A stretch of DNA of 64,000 nucleotides from NCBI RefSeq assembly GCF_009834535.1, contig NC_045697.1, positions 78,990,001-79,054,000 on the forward strand, read 5' to 3'. Position numbers and translations under genes: made by a program. The notes beneath the pieces were generated by a model that was given only the letters and a program-made list of their open reading frames with translations, was not told where the DNA came from and ran no database searches. This DNA is from Camelus ferus (Eukaryota). Positions 13,409 to 24,820 of this stretch are shown piece by piece; position 1 is the first letter of the stretch, and the number at the start of each line of letters is the position of its first letter.

Positions 13409-13779
13409 TTTTTTAAAAAATTGACATGCCTTTGTATAATTTGTACAATGCCAATTCCTAATTCTACTGCTGCATTTATCACAGAAAGTATTTTCATAAA
13501 TGAAGAAATTATTTAAGAACTCCTCTTCATTATATTTTATAGAAGTAAAAGCAATATGGTGGGGGAAGAAACAGCCAGAGAAATTAAGAAACCCACATTT
13601 AGATGCTAGTTATATTACTTTGTTAAATAATAACACTTCAGGTACTTTTTTTTATCTTTGAAATGAGGGATTTGAACTAGATGACATCTAAGGTCTCTTT
13701 TAACTGCAAAAACTTCTTTTATCCTATATGTCTTGCTTTTCTCACAGGATTATTGAAAAGATCAAATGTATGATTATTA

Positions 13780-13945
13780 TTTAGCAATCACATAGCACTG
13801 TGCCAGGCACTTTACAAATATTAGTTTAATCAGCATAACATATCTATGAGATAGGTGCCACTCAACTTGTCCAAAGTCACAGAGCTTATACTTAGCAGAA
13901 TCTGGATTCAAAGCCAGGAAGTCTGACTGGCTCTCTGATCTGAAC
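13780..13945 (-). mobile_element. MIR SINE
   Basis: tgtgccaggcactttacaaat ... acttgtccaaagtcacagagc ... ctggattcaaagccagg. Confidence 0.75.
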
Positions 13946-14149
13946 CATTACTCCACCCTGCCTCAAATAAACAGGGCAGTAAATAAGCCCCACTTAACCA
14001 AGAGACTATAGTCACTCCACTACAAATGACTCAAAGAACCTAACAGGACCTGGCAATTTTATTTATAAAACATTTCTAAATGTGATTTCTTCTAACCCTT
14101 TAAATTCAGTACCGGTGAGAAGCTCATCATGTAACAGCTGCCTTCAGAA

Positions 14150-14560
14150 AGGGACTTGCGTGGGATGCACGGTTTCCCCATGAAGCAGGACTGAAGAAAT
14201 TTTCTCAGAATAGCCTCTGCGGAAGATAGGTGCTCATTCTTTCTAATAAATCAATTTTTTATTTTAAGTAACTAGATAAATGAACAAATAAACCATTGCC
14301 TATCATTTTTTCAAGCCGGAGGCACCATTGATCTCGCCGCTGGCGTGCAGCGGGAGGGCTGCTCTCTGGCACGTCTGATGCCGAGCGGCCATCTCTCAGT
14401 GGCTCCAGTCACTGCTCCTCCTCACTTCCCTGGCGTGTGAATATTAGGTTTCACATAGAAATGTGAAAAACGCCTTTAAGCTTATTTCTACACGAAATAC
14501 AATATATTTGCCAGATAAGCTGGACCCTCATATTATTCATAAATCAATTATGTTTATCCT
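14150..14560. promoter_or_regulatory. Candidate enhancer / conserved non-coding element with local CpG cluster
   Basis: About nine CpGs in 14316-14436 against a CpG-poor background. TNGCGTG at 14156, 14341 and 14431; ATAAATCAAT twice (~14245, ~14539). Not recognisable as a repeat. Confidence 0.45.
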
Positions 14561-15699
14561 TAGCCAAGAAAGTACTAAAATGTTCTTTCCTCATTTTGAA
14601 ATCCAATCTGATATTCACAGTAATTATGCTGCCTTTCATATGAATCATCGTCTCATACTGTAATCGTTAGTACTATGGCTGATTCATTTTCTGCCTTGTA
14701 GTATTTGAAATGATCATTTCACTTGTGGTAGGATTTGGGGAGTTATTGAAGTAAATCCTTTTATTCACTAGACTTTCCTTTTTTTTAATCTCATCTTCAG
14801 TCTCTTTGCTCAGATTTTACACCAAAGTTTTCCAAAAGCTGTAGCAAGTAGGAGAACAGAACTGTTAAATCCTACTGAAGCCAGCAAAGCCATACAAATG
14901 GATGGTGCAGCCTGTCTCTCCACCACTTCTCAATGATCTTGCCTTTCCTACCAGAGTCAAACCATACTCATCCTCTTATTTGCCCCTCTCATCCCTCTGA
15001 ACTACAGTCATGTTAATATTATGTGCTGAAACACTTTTGAAATATCAAAGTCTTTATCTCTGGCCATTATACAAATACACACAAGTAAGTATGAGTTGTT
15101 TTCTAGGTATCATATACATCACCATTTTGGAAAAGCCACATTTAAAGACAGATGTCTGCTGCCCTGGAACCTCCAATATCACATTATTCCATGCATATTA
15201 GGAAGGTGTCATGGGATCATCTGTAGTTCAGACCCTCTGGAATGTAAGGCATAGTCTTGGGATTATGCCCTGCTGCCCTTTCCACATTAAATGCTCCACT
15301 GTCAGAATGAGTGGAAACAGGTGCACCCAGCACACGGCCATCTGACTTGGACTCCCAACCCCTAGGTGGAATGTAAGGAGATGCAAAAGCAAGAACCTTT
15401 GTGGATACTGTCATTGCTATAAGCAAACATAATAATAAAAGAGGGGACTTGGTGTCGAAGATATTAATGAGGATCACTCCAGTGAGAAATTCCTTTCCAT
15501 GCCCACAGTCACAAAAAGATTCTATTTCAACATACATGATAGCTTTACTTTAGGAGGGGTTGTTTATATTATACTCCACTTAAGGGCTGTTTCTTGCCTA
15601 GAAAACTGACTAAAGCTTATGCTCTATTTGTATTTGAAGTATTGAGCTTTTTCATTTTAAAACATTAGGTACGAAATTCCATCTTTATAATGAGAATGG

Positions 15700-15905
15700 C
15701 CCCTCACTGAATGTTTACAATGTGTAAGATACTGTGCTAAAAGCTTTATAGTCATCATCCTATTTGAACCTTAAAACAACGCTTTGAGGAACTATCAATA
15801 CTTCTTTACAGCTGAGGAGTAAAACATCACATACCTATTAAAGAGAAGATCCACATCAAAAGCCAGGCTTTTGGCATTCCAAAACTCGGGTTTTTAACTA
15901 CATGC
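15700..15905 (-). mobile_element. MIR SINE
   Basis: cactgaatgtttacaatgtg..actgtgctaaaagcttt ... tttacagctgagga ... tttttaactacatgcta. Confidence 0.7.
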
Positions 15906-16358
15906 TATGTTTTTAATCTTATGCTATATTTCTTTTGCACTCATACATGGACTGGCCAAGAGCTATGCCCAGTTTTTCCCCAGGCCAGTAAGTCTTCCTA
16001 TAACCAGTTAGTTTTTAGAAACGTCCTTTTTTCTTTCCATTTTAAATGCTCACAGGGTTGTTTTGGTTTTTTTTAATGGAGTTAGAGTGAGAACAGAACA
16101 ATGACGTTATCCAAAAGCAAAATTTGCTTTAAGTGGTTTTCAACCACTTAAATTTTCTTTACCAACACATTTATTCTATCACCACATGAAAAGATCTAAT
16201 ATTAGCTGGATTTTTATTTTGGCTGAAGATAATTCTGCATTTTGTAAAATTTTAAAAGATGCAGAATGATACACCTCTGTGCAACAGAGCAGTAGGTCTT
16301 AAAATGGGTGATTCCGCTGCTAACCCCTCCCCCACCCTTGGCTTCTTATACGGAGCTG

Positions 16359-16377
16359 CCATGACATCTAGTGGCCG
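16359..16377 (-). promoter_or_regulatory. CTCF-like motif (reverse orientation)
   Basis: Minus strand reads CGGCCACTAGATGTCATGG, matching the CTCF core CCACTAG(A/G)(G/T)G. Confidence 0.5.
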
Positions 16378-17017
16378 AAGATTAGGGGAGCTGTTCTTTA
16401 TCCATATAGCGTGTAGGAGTTCTAATTTTAAAGTATATTTACAATCTTACATAGCTAGTGAAACTTTAAATTAATTCAGTGCTTCACAGTTTATAACTCA
16501 CTTTTGCATCAATTATTGGTTTATGAACTTGAATGTAATGACTTTCTTATATTAGTTAGATTTTTTAAATATTTATTATAATTATTATACCAAAACCATG
16601 GTTTATTCTGAGTACAGAAATGAATCATAGAATTTGATTCTTTGTGTTCAGCTTCTACAAAAGTAACACTTCTTTAGACTAAATATCAATGGTTAAATCA
16701 AACTTACATGTTAAATAAGAACCTAAGTAAACAAGTAATAAATTTGTATTTTCAAAAAAAATTACAATAAAAAATTATTAATATACAAGTAAATTTTCTA
16801 GGCCTTTTACTTAGTTAATTTAAGAATGATTTTTGCTAAATTTCAAAAAAATTGAACATTATTTGAGTAATATATAGAAGATGAAAAAAAATTTTTAATA
16901 GACAACTTTCAGCCTATTTTTTTAATTTCAAAGGTCTATTCTCTAGTAGTTACATTTTCTAATTCATGGAAGCCACCATACAAATAACCAGAAGATTTTT
17001 TAAATATGTTTTTCTAA

Positions 17018-17545
17018 TGTAACTGCTCAGCCTAAGAAACTTCAAAAGCAGGGTCTTAGAGAAGTCTGATGCATGAGTGGTTTATTAAAGACTACTGCTG
17101 CAGGAGCAAGAGTGAGAGACAAGAAGGGCCAGGAAAGACAAGAGAGGATGGAAAAGGAGAAATAGCCAATACAAAGGTACAATATGGAGTGGGCCACTAC
17201 CGGGCTAGATTTGTGGGACTTTCTAAAAAGACTGATTGAGTATACTGTATCTCCAGGTCATCTGTTGGAAGGATGAAAGGGTGCAGCATTTACCTGTCAA
17301 TTCACAACTCCCATTGGTCAAGGTTTGCCCCATGGCTCACAAACTCTTCCACACTTTCAGGTTGCTCATGTGTGTTCAAGCATCCCAAGGTGCAGGTATC
17401 AGAGAAGCCACATATGGGCTGAGGCAAGGCACTCTGGATACACATATACAAAGCAGGTCAACATCTGTGCAAACTTGTTCCCTGCAACCATGACTGGAAT
17501 GAAAGATAAGGCCAAGTGGATCTGCAGTGGTACACAAGAGATGGC
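17018..17545. mobile_element. ERVL-type LTR remnant (LTR16/LTR33-like)
   Basis: Starts TG; gcatgagtggtttatt..., caactcccattggtcaaggtttgcccc resemble old ERVL LTRs. Confidence 0.5.
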
Positions 17546-18428
17546 TAATACGTATGTAAATAATATCTGTGTTATGTTCATGATAAATAGGTCATTCAAG
17601 TTCATTGTTATGGATACTTTTATATTTTATGGACATTATTAAATATGTTGATTAACTGATGAAATCATCACTCTGGCCAGTGCACAGTAGGAGCCAAAAT
17701 TACAAAGGGATCTCAAATCAGCAGTAAAAGCCATTCATCCTCATTGGCAACTATTTCAGCAGTTTTAGTCCAAACAATGCTCACAGTAGGAATTGTTATG
17801 TGGAAATATTTTAATCTTGTAAAAAGCCAACATTAAAATCAATTATCTCGATGTGAAATCCTGATATGGTGGGAATAACTGGCTCCTGGGAAGAAACTCT
17901 GTTAAACTTTCAAAGGAATCCCAAGAGCAGATGTTTTTCAGAAAGAACAGAAATGTAAAAGAAAATGAGAGTGAGAAATAGAAGTAAATTAAAACCCTAC
18001 TTTAGATCATGAAAAATAATTCCTAAAAGATAAATATAGACTTTGCCTGCCAAAGGAAAATTGGAAATTCTATTATTTTGTATGTCTCTGTAGTGCTCAA
18101 ATTGATCACTTTATCATCCTCAAAGGGTAAAGCTTTTGTTAGATCTTTCCTCATTGTTGCTATCAAACTCAATTCAAGATAGGTCAGAGACTTAAATGTA
18201 AAAAATAAATCATTAAATTCCTTGCAGAAAACAGAGATGAATGTTTCTATAATCTTTACAACGAGGCAGGCTTTTTCAGCCAGAAATCTTAAAAGATGAG
18301 TAAATTTTATTACTTAAATGGTAAAACCATATATGGTACAAAGACATGCCGAACAAAAAACCAAAATACTTGTAGCATATATGACAGACAAGTAGTTAAT
18401 ATCTATAATATTAAAAGAGCTCTATCAA

Positions 18429-18607
18429 CAATCAGCAGACTGACAATAAGCTCTCATTTCAGAAACTATCAGAATGAAAATAAATAAATATTTTGATTTC
18501 TTAATAAAGAATTTGATAACTGATGTTCTTACTCTACTCACATAACAAAAACAACAGCAACGTAAATTGAAGCAGTCGCCATTATAGTTTGTTACTTTTA
18601 TTTAAAA

Positions 18608-18649
<42 letters not shown>

Positions 18650-18905
18650 GATCACCATCAACATTTCAGAACTTAACATCTCCAGTGTCATTATAGCCTA
18701 ATTTATATGGCTATACTCACAATAAAGTATAGAGAGCCCTACATTCTGGTAAGTAAGATGCCAAGAGTCTCCTGACAACATAATTTGTATTCCTATACAT
18801 TATGCCAAGGTGAATATACTCTCTTTTTAGGTTTGTTGGGGGTAATATACAACTTCAGCATACAAAGTAAAATCTCAAAAAGCATTTAAAAAATAAACTA
18901 AAAAT
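18429..18905 (+). other. Orphan retroposed insert (non-repeat sequence plus A-rich tail) flanked by a perfect TSD
   Basis: aaaagagctctatcaa at 18413-18428 and 18906-18921, preceded by TT|AAAA. A-rich tail 18888-18905. Removing the insert and one TSD copy restores continuous L1 sequence. Confidence 0.8.
18611..18644. repeat. (GA)17 microsatellite
   Basis: Directly visible perfect repeat. Confidence 0.97.
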
Positions 18906-19059
18906 AAAAGAGCTCTATCAAATCAGTAAATAATAGATAAACATCACAGAATATAGCAAAGAACTTGAATTTACAATTAATGAATGAAAAAATTAAGTAG
19001 TAATTAACATGAAAATATACCAATAGCTAAAATTTATTAGAGAGAGTTTACCAGGAAAT

Positions 19060-19270
19060 GTTGTAAAGCTTTATGCGTGTTAATTCATTTAATCCTCACA
19101 ACAATCCTACAAGGTTTGTATTGTTATTATCAGCATTTTGCAGATGAGTAACCTGAGACACTGAGAGGTTAAATAATTGGCATAAGGTCAGAAAGCTGTT
19201 AAGTGATAAAGCTAGGATTTGAACTCACATAGTCAGACTCCTGAGCCTAAGATCCTAACCAACTACACAC
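19060..19270 (-). mobile_element. MIR SINE
   Basis: taattcatttaatcctcacaacaatcct ... ttttgcagatgagtaacctgagacactgagaggttaaataattg ... ggatttgaactc. Confidence 0.88.
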
Positions 19271-19886
19271 TCTCAAATGCAAATATAAACAACGATTAAC
19301 TGCTTTCCACCTGGTCAATTGGTAATGATCTTAAAGATTATCAGTGCTCTGGGGGCACTCATAATTGTTGATGGGAGTATAAAATGATACAATCTTTCTG
19401 AAAGACAATCTAGCAATATGCAAATATGAAATGTTTTCTCTGTGTCCCAGACATCCTTCCTCTAATAGCATATCTCAAGGAGGATAAAGAATCATAAAGA
19501 TGTATAAACAAAAATGCTCTTCAAAGCATTGTCAGTAATGAGAGGGAGAAGGAAATGGAAACAACTACAAAGTTCATCAGTGGAACAGTGATTAAATAAT
19601 TGAAGTGTGGCTATACAATGAATGAGCACACAGCCTTAAAAATGGGCCATCTATTCATTGACATAGAGAGGTCTGAAGATCACAGAGTATAAATTCTAAT
19701 TACAAAGCAGTATTATACGGATAATGCTTTTCAACTTTTTGCTATCATAGATCATGAGAGCTTTTACAGAGTCCACAATTAAAAGTGGCTCATTGAGTCA
19801 CTGATTCTCAATTGGATAGGTGAGGGGAGCATAGTCCCCAGTTATGAACCACTGATACACAGTATGAGAATATAAAAAGATAAAGA

Positions 19887-19975
19887 TATATATATATATA
19901 TTTATACCACAGATATATATACAAAACCATATATATCATATACATACATATACATAACTCTATATGCATACATTT
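19887..19975. repeat. (TA)n / (TACA)n low-complexity tract
   Basis: Directly visible. Confidence 0.75.
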
Positions 19976-21299
19976 GCTAAAAAAATCTGAATAGATCTTT
20001 ACAAAAACATGAACTATGAATAAAAGCCTGAATAATAGTATTGAGAGCTATTTATATTTCCTTCTTTATATTTCCTATTTTGTTTGAATTTTCTATATAA
20101 TAGTATACTATCAAATCAAAAAATTAAAATAATGCTATTTTCATATGGAAAAAGAATTAATGCCTTTGTTATGTTCTTCTTAAGCTGAGGAAGACACCAC
20201 CATTTTTCTCTGTTTCCCCATAGGTCATCCAAGCTTGTAAATACCTTATGACCAGATTTCTCTTATTTCATCTGCTGGATTACTGCCATACTGTGGTCTT
20301 CAAACAAGGACCAATATATATAAAATGAATGTTTCCTTTATAGGTGATACCCTTAAATATTAAACTTAATGATGAAAACACAGAAGGAAGAAATGCTGAC
20401 CTGCTTCGTGACTTTCAAAGAGCCAACTTCCTCCTCCCACAAGAGGTAACCCCTCACATTCCTTAAGGCTTTAGCAGATCCCTGTTCCCTGGAGGAGAAG
20501 CAGAGAGTACCAAACTTAAGGAGTCAGTGCCTCCCTTGTACATTAAGAAGTCAATAACTCACTTCTACCAGGATTACATCATTGATTCCAACATGATTTT
20601 AACAGAAGTGTTTAATGCCAGTTCCCTCCCTGCTAAACCTCTTAGTGTAGTATGTTCTTAGGACATATCCTCCCAAGAGAGCAGCAGGGTAGTTTCAAGC
20701 TAAGAAAGCTAAATCAACTCATCTTGGTCAGTAGCTCAGCTACATGGCTACTGAAAAATAGCCTATGTTGAAAAATGGGAAATCCTGTACCCTGAAACAT
20801 CCGCCAATTTCTACTGGACCTAATAAAAGCTATAAAGCTCCTGATGTGGGATTAGGAGTCAGAAATCATATACCATATAAAACAAACTATGCTACAGTAA
20901 ACTCAGTGAAAATCCAGAGCAGATTGTACTTTTTTCTGTGGAAATATGCATTATACACACATGCATGTACATATGGGTAAAATTAAACTGGCAAATAAAT
21001 ATGAAAGTAAAATACTCCTAAAATTAAGGACAAGCTCTTTTCCAGGAAACTATACATAATTCAACAGGGTTTAGGATAGAAACGTTAATTATATTAGAAA
21101 GTCATTTATCCTTATTTAGATAAAAATTCAATTGCAATACAATAACTATTAAACATGCTTGTATTCTGCACATAAAAATCATTTATTCTTTAAAACAAAT
21201 GATCTAGAAATAACGGTGACTGAAGAGATTCTCATTCTAAATCCAGGTCAGAATTTAGGCTGTGACTTCATGATGTTCAACTATTCTGGGTGACAGGAA

Positions 21300-21445
21300 T
21301 TATTAATAGTGTATTATCGGTAAAGAAACTGAGACCAATAAATGTTAACTGACTTGCTCAAAGTCAAACAGTAAGTAAACAGAAGGGCTGGGATTAGTGC
21401 CTAGATCTTGACCTTAAGTCTGAATTTCTTTTTGTTGCATAATGC
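21300..21445 (-). mobile_element. MIR SINE core
   Basis: gaaactgagaccaataaatgttaactgacttgctcaaagtcaaacagtaagtaa. Confidence 0.75.
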
Positions 21446-23279
21446 TCCTAGACATTAAGAAGAGAAGTTTGTTATTCAGGATGGATGAGAAAGAGTCAGT
21501 TATTTGTTTAATTTTAAAATATATAAGAGCACAACATACAATTTCTTCAAGAGAGAAATAATATTAGTAGGTTAGAAATATTATCCATTACATAAGAAAT
21601 TGTAATGAATGACTTTTGAATGAGTTTAATTTTAAAGTAGTAAAAAGACACTATTTTGTGTTGACCCAGCTACATAAATCCTGAGGATAGCGCAGCAGCT
21701 CCCTGGCTCAGGCTCCATGTTGGAGCATGAGTTGATGGTGAGAAGTGACATGGGACTACCAGTCTTGCCCTAGGGAACTGGTTCCAAGTTAACTATAAGA
21801 CAGAATGTATGAGTCAAATATAAGCATTCTTTGAGAGAGAAAGAAGAGTGGAGATGTCTATTAAAATCATTGGAACAACAATGAGAATGAAGCCTTCTCA
21901 GCAAAAACAGAAAGAAGATGCTTGGAGAAGAAATGAAGACCACTCACGCTTGCAGGAGAGGTATCACTGCAATATCCACAGGCTTCAAGGTTATATCAAG
22001 GTCCTATAAATGGGAAACACAGAAGGACATCAGAACAAAAGCCAGAGCAAAAAAATTGGCTCAGGCAGTGTAGAGGAGCAACCACAATGGCTACTGAGAA
22101 GAGTTTGTGAGCCATCCCAAGATCTACTTAGGAAAGAGAAAAACTTGAACAAATAGAGATTCTAAATGGTTAAGCTTCTGGTACTCATAGCCAAAAAGCA
22201 GTGAGAGTAAAAGTTACGCTCGTGAAATACTGGTGTAATGTTCAGATCTAAAGTTATAGTATTCCATGTTAACACATGTCTCTAGACCACATGGTCCATG
22301 AACCACATTTTTCCCCCCTTGTTACTCCACTAGCACCTTTTCTGCCTGAAGGAAACTGGGCTGGAGACACATCTGTTTTTCAGCTCATTAGATGTGTCAT
22401 AAGATCCAAGCCTAGAAAATCACACATAACTTCTCATACATCTTTGGTATAAGAATTTTTGACAAATGGACACTCTTAGCTTTGAGAAAGACTGGGATAT
22501 GTAGTCCTCATATCCCAGATAATGTTCTGTAGTCTTTAATTTACTTTATAATTTACCTTATAATTCTGTTATTATGGAAGGAAGGGACACAATAGTCTTT
22601 ATCTATCAACTAGTAGTCTTTTCATCTATATTTATATGCCCATGATTGTACTCTTCCCCACTAGAAATTTGGAAAGGAGTATAGTTCACATGTGTATGTT
22701 TGACTCCTACAACTTTTATGAATGTAGTATATAATCCAGAGTACAAGTTCAAGAAACCCGTAAGATAGTATTTGGGTGAGGTGTCTGAACCAATGCCCAG
22801 AACAGTAAGAAGCAACTCTCACATAACAGAAGCTAAACTTGGACATAAAATACATCATTGCAGTGTATCTTAGAAGTTTCTTCTCTTTAGTAATTAGCTA
22901 TTACACATCTATGAACAATCTGTGGAAAACACCTATTAAAAGCATGATTATCTTGATAATTCAAGGTTTCTCCTATAAGAAAGGAGATCCAACTCAAACA
23001 ATCCCTGATTACACAAAATACCTGGTTGAAAAAGTTCCAGTAATATGGCATATAGTTGCTTTACTAAGTTCAACCATCAGAGTGTTGATTTTTTTCTAAA
23101 TTCATTCAAATAAGTTATGTACACAGACTATCCTAGAGATAAGAATAGTGAGTGCATAGACCTTTTTAAACAGGATCTTTTCAGAGTATTGTGTTAAAGG
23201 CCAACAAATTGGAATTTTAATATTTAATAGTTTCTAAATGTGGCTGAGTCTATAAAAATACATACTGGCTTGGACATTT

Positions 23280-24820
23280 ATTTATTTTATTGACATATAG
23301 TTTATTTACAACATTATATTAGTTTCAGGTATACAACATAGTGATTCAGTATTTTTATAGATTATACTCCATTTAAAGTTATAAAATACTGGCTATGTTC
23401 CCTGTGTCATGAAATAATCCTTATAGCTTATTTATTTTATATATAGTAGTTTGTACCTCTTAATTTTCTACCTTGATCTTGCCCCTGCCCCCTTCCCTCA
23501 CCCCACTGGTAACCACTAGTCTGTTCTCTGTATCCATGAATCTGTTTGTTTTGTTATATTTATTCCTTTGTTTTACTTTTCAGATTCTACATATAAGTGT
23601 TAACATATAATACTTGTCTTTCTCTGACTTATTGCACTAAGCATAATTTTCTCTAGGTCCATCCACATTGTTGTAAATGGCAGAATTTCATTCTTTTTAT
23701 GGATGAGTAATATTCCATTGTGTATATATATATGTGCATATATATGTTTGTGCATATATATACACATACACACATACTGCATCTTTATCCATTCTTCTGT
23801 TGATGGACACTTAAGTTGCTTCCATATCTTAGCTATTATAAATAACGCTGCTTTGAGCATTGGGGCACGTGTATCTTTTTGAATTAGTGTTTTCATTTGC
23901 TTCAGATATACACCCAGAAATAGAACTGCTGGATCATATGGTAGTTTTGTTTTGTTTGTTTGTTTTTTGAGAAATCTCCATACTGTTTTCCATAGTGGCT
24001 GCACCAATTTGCATTTCCACAAACAGTGTATGAGGGTTCTTTTTTCTCCACATCCTTGCCAAAATTTATTTGTATACTTTTTGATGACAGCCATTCTAAC
24101 AGGTGTGAGATGATATCTTACTGTGGTTTTTACTTGCATTTCTCTGATGATTAGCAAAGTTAAGCATCTTTTCAGTGCCTGCTGGTCATCTGTATACATT
24201 CTTTGGAAAAATATCTATTCAGGTCTTCTGTTCATTTACTAGAAGCTACAATAATCAAAATACTATGATACTGTCACAAAAACAGACACATAGATCAAAG
24301 AAACAGAATAGAAAGCCCAGAAGTAAACCCATGCAGCTATGGTCAATTAATATAAAACAAAGGAGACAAGTATGCATAATGGAGAAAGATAGTCTTTTCA
24401 TAATGGTGCTGGGAAAACTGGACAGCTACGTGTAAAAGAATAAAATTATAAAATTAGAACATTTTCTCACATCATATACAAAAATAAACTCAAAATGTGT
24501 TAAAGACCTAAATGTAAGACAGGAAACCATAAAACTCCTAGAAGAAAACATAGGCAGAACACTCTTTTGACATTAATTGTAACAATATTTTTTTTGGATC
24601 TGTCTTCTAGAGCAAAGAAAGAAAAACAAAAATAAAAAAAACAAGACCTAATTTAAACTTAAAAGCTTTTGCTCAGTAAAAGAAACCACGGACAAAACAA
24701 AAAGACAACAAGAGAAAATAATTGCAAATGATATGACAGATAAAGGGTTAATATTCAAAATATATAAACTGCTTATTCAACTCAACATCAAAAAAACAAA
24801 CAACCCAATTTAAAAAATGG
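23280..24820 (-). mobile_element. LINE-1 with 5' inversion (twin priming): 23280-24236 on minus (ORF2 C-terminus plus 3'UTR), 24237-24820 inverted (ORF2 on plus)
   Basis: ORF 23600-24199(-) encodes the L1 ORF2 C-terminus ([22 protein letters not shown]). The plus segment is upstream ORF2. TSD-like tggcttggacattt (23266-23279) / tggcttgaccattt (24818-24831). Confidence 0.9.

Larger units (their letters stand above)
18165..20120 (+). mobile_element. Ancient LINE-1 (L1ME/L1MC-like) 3' portion, interrupted by an orphan insert, a MIR and a small hAT-like element
   Basis: Degenerate L1 ORF2/3'UTR segments: gacttaaatgtaaaaaataaatcattaaa, ttgttgatgggagtataaaatgatacaatctttctgaaagacaatc, ggaaacaactacaaagttcatcagtgg. 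Confidence 0.7.

Noticed and set aside
14303..14392. 29-aa minus-strand micro-ORF (MAARHQTCQRAALPLHASGEINGASGLKK) in the CpG patch
   Set aside because: Short, unrecognised, and expected in GC-rich sequence.
15217..15537. 106-aa ORF on minus in non-repeat sequence
   Set aside because: No recognisable homology or supporting splice structure; the length is compatible with chance.
22665..22759. Plus-strand AG...GT exon-like segment
   Set aside because: Stops in all frames; such splice-site pairs are expected by chance in 64 kb.
23600..24199. Longest ORF (199 aa, minus)
   Set aside because: It is the decayed C-terminus of LINE-1 ORF2 running into the 3' UTR, not a host gene.
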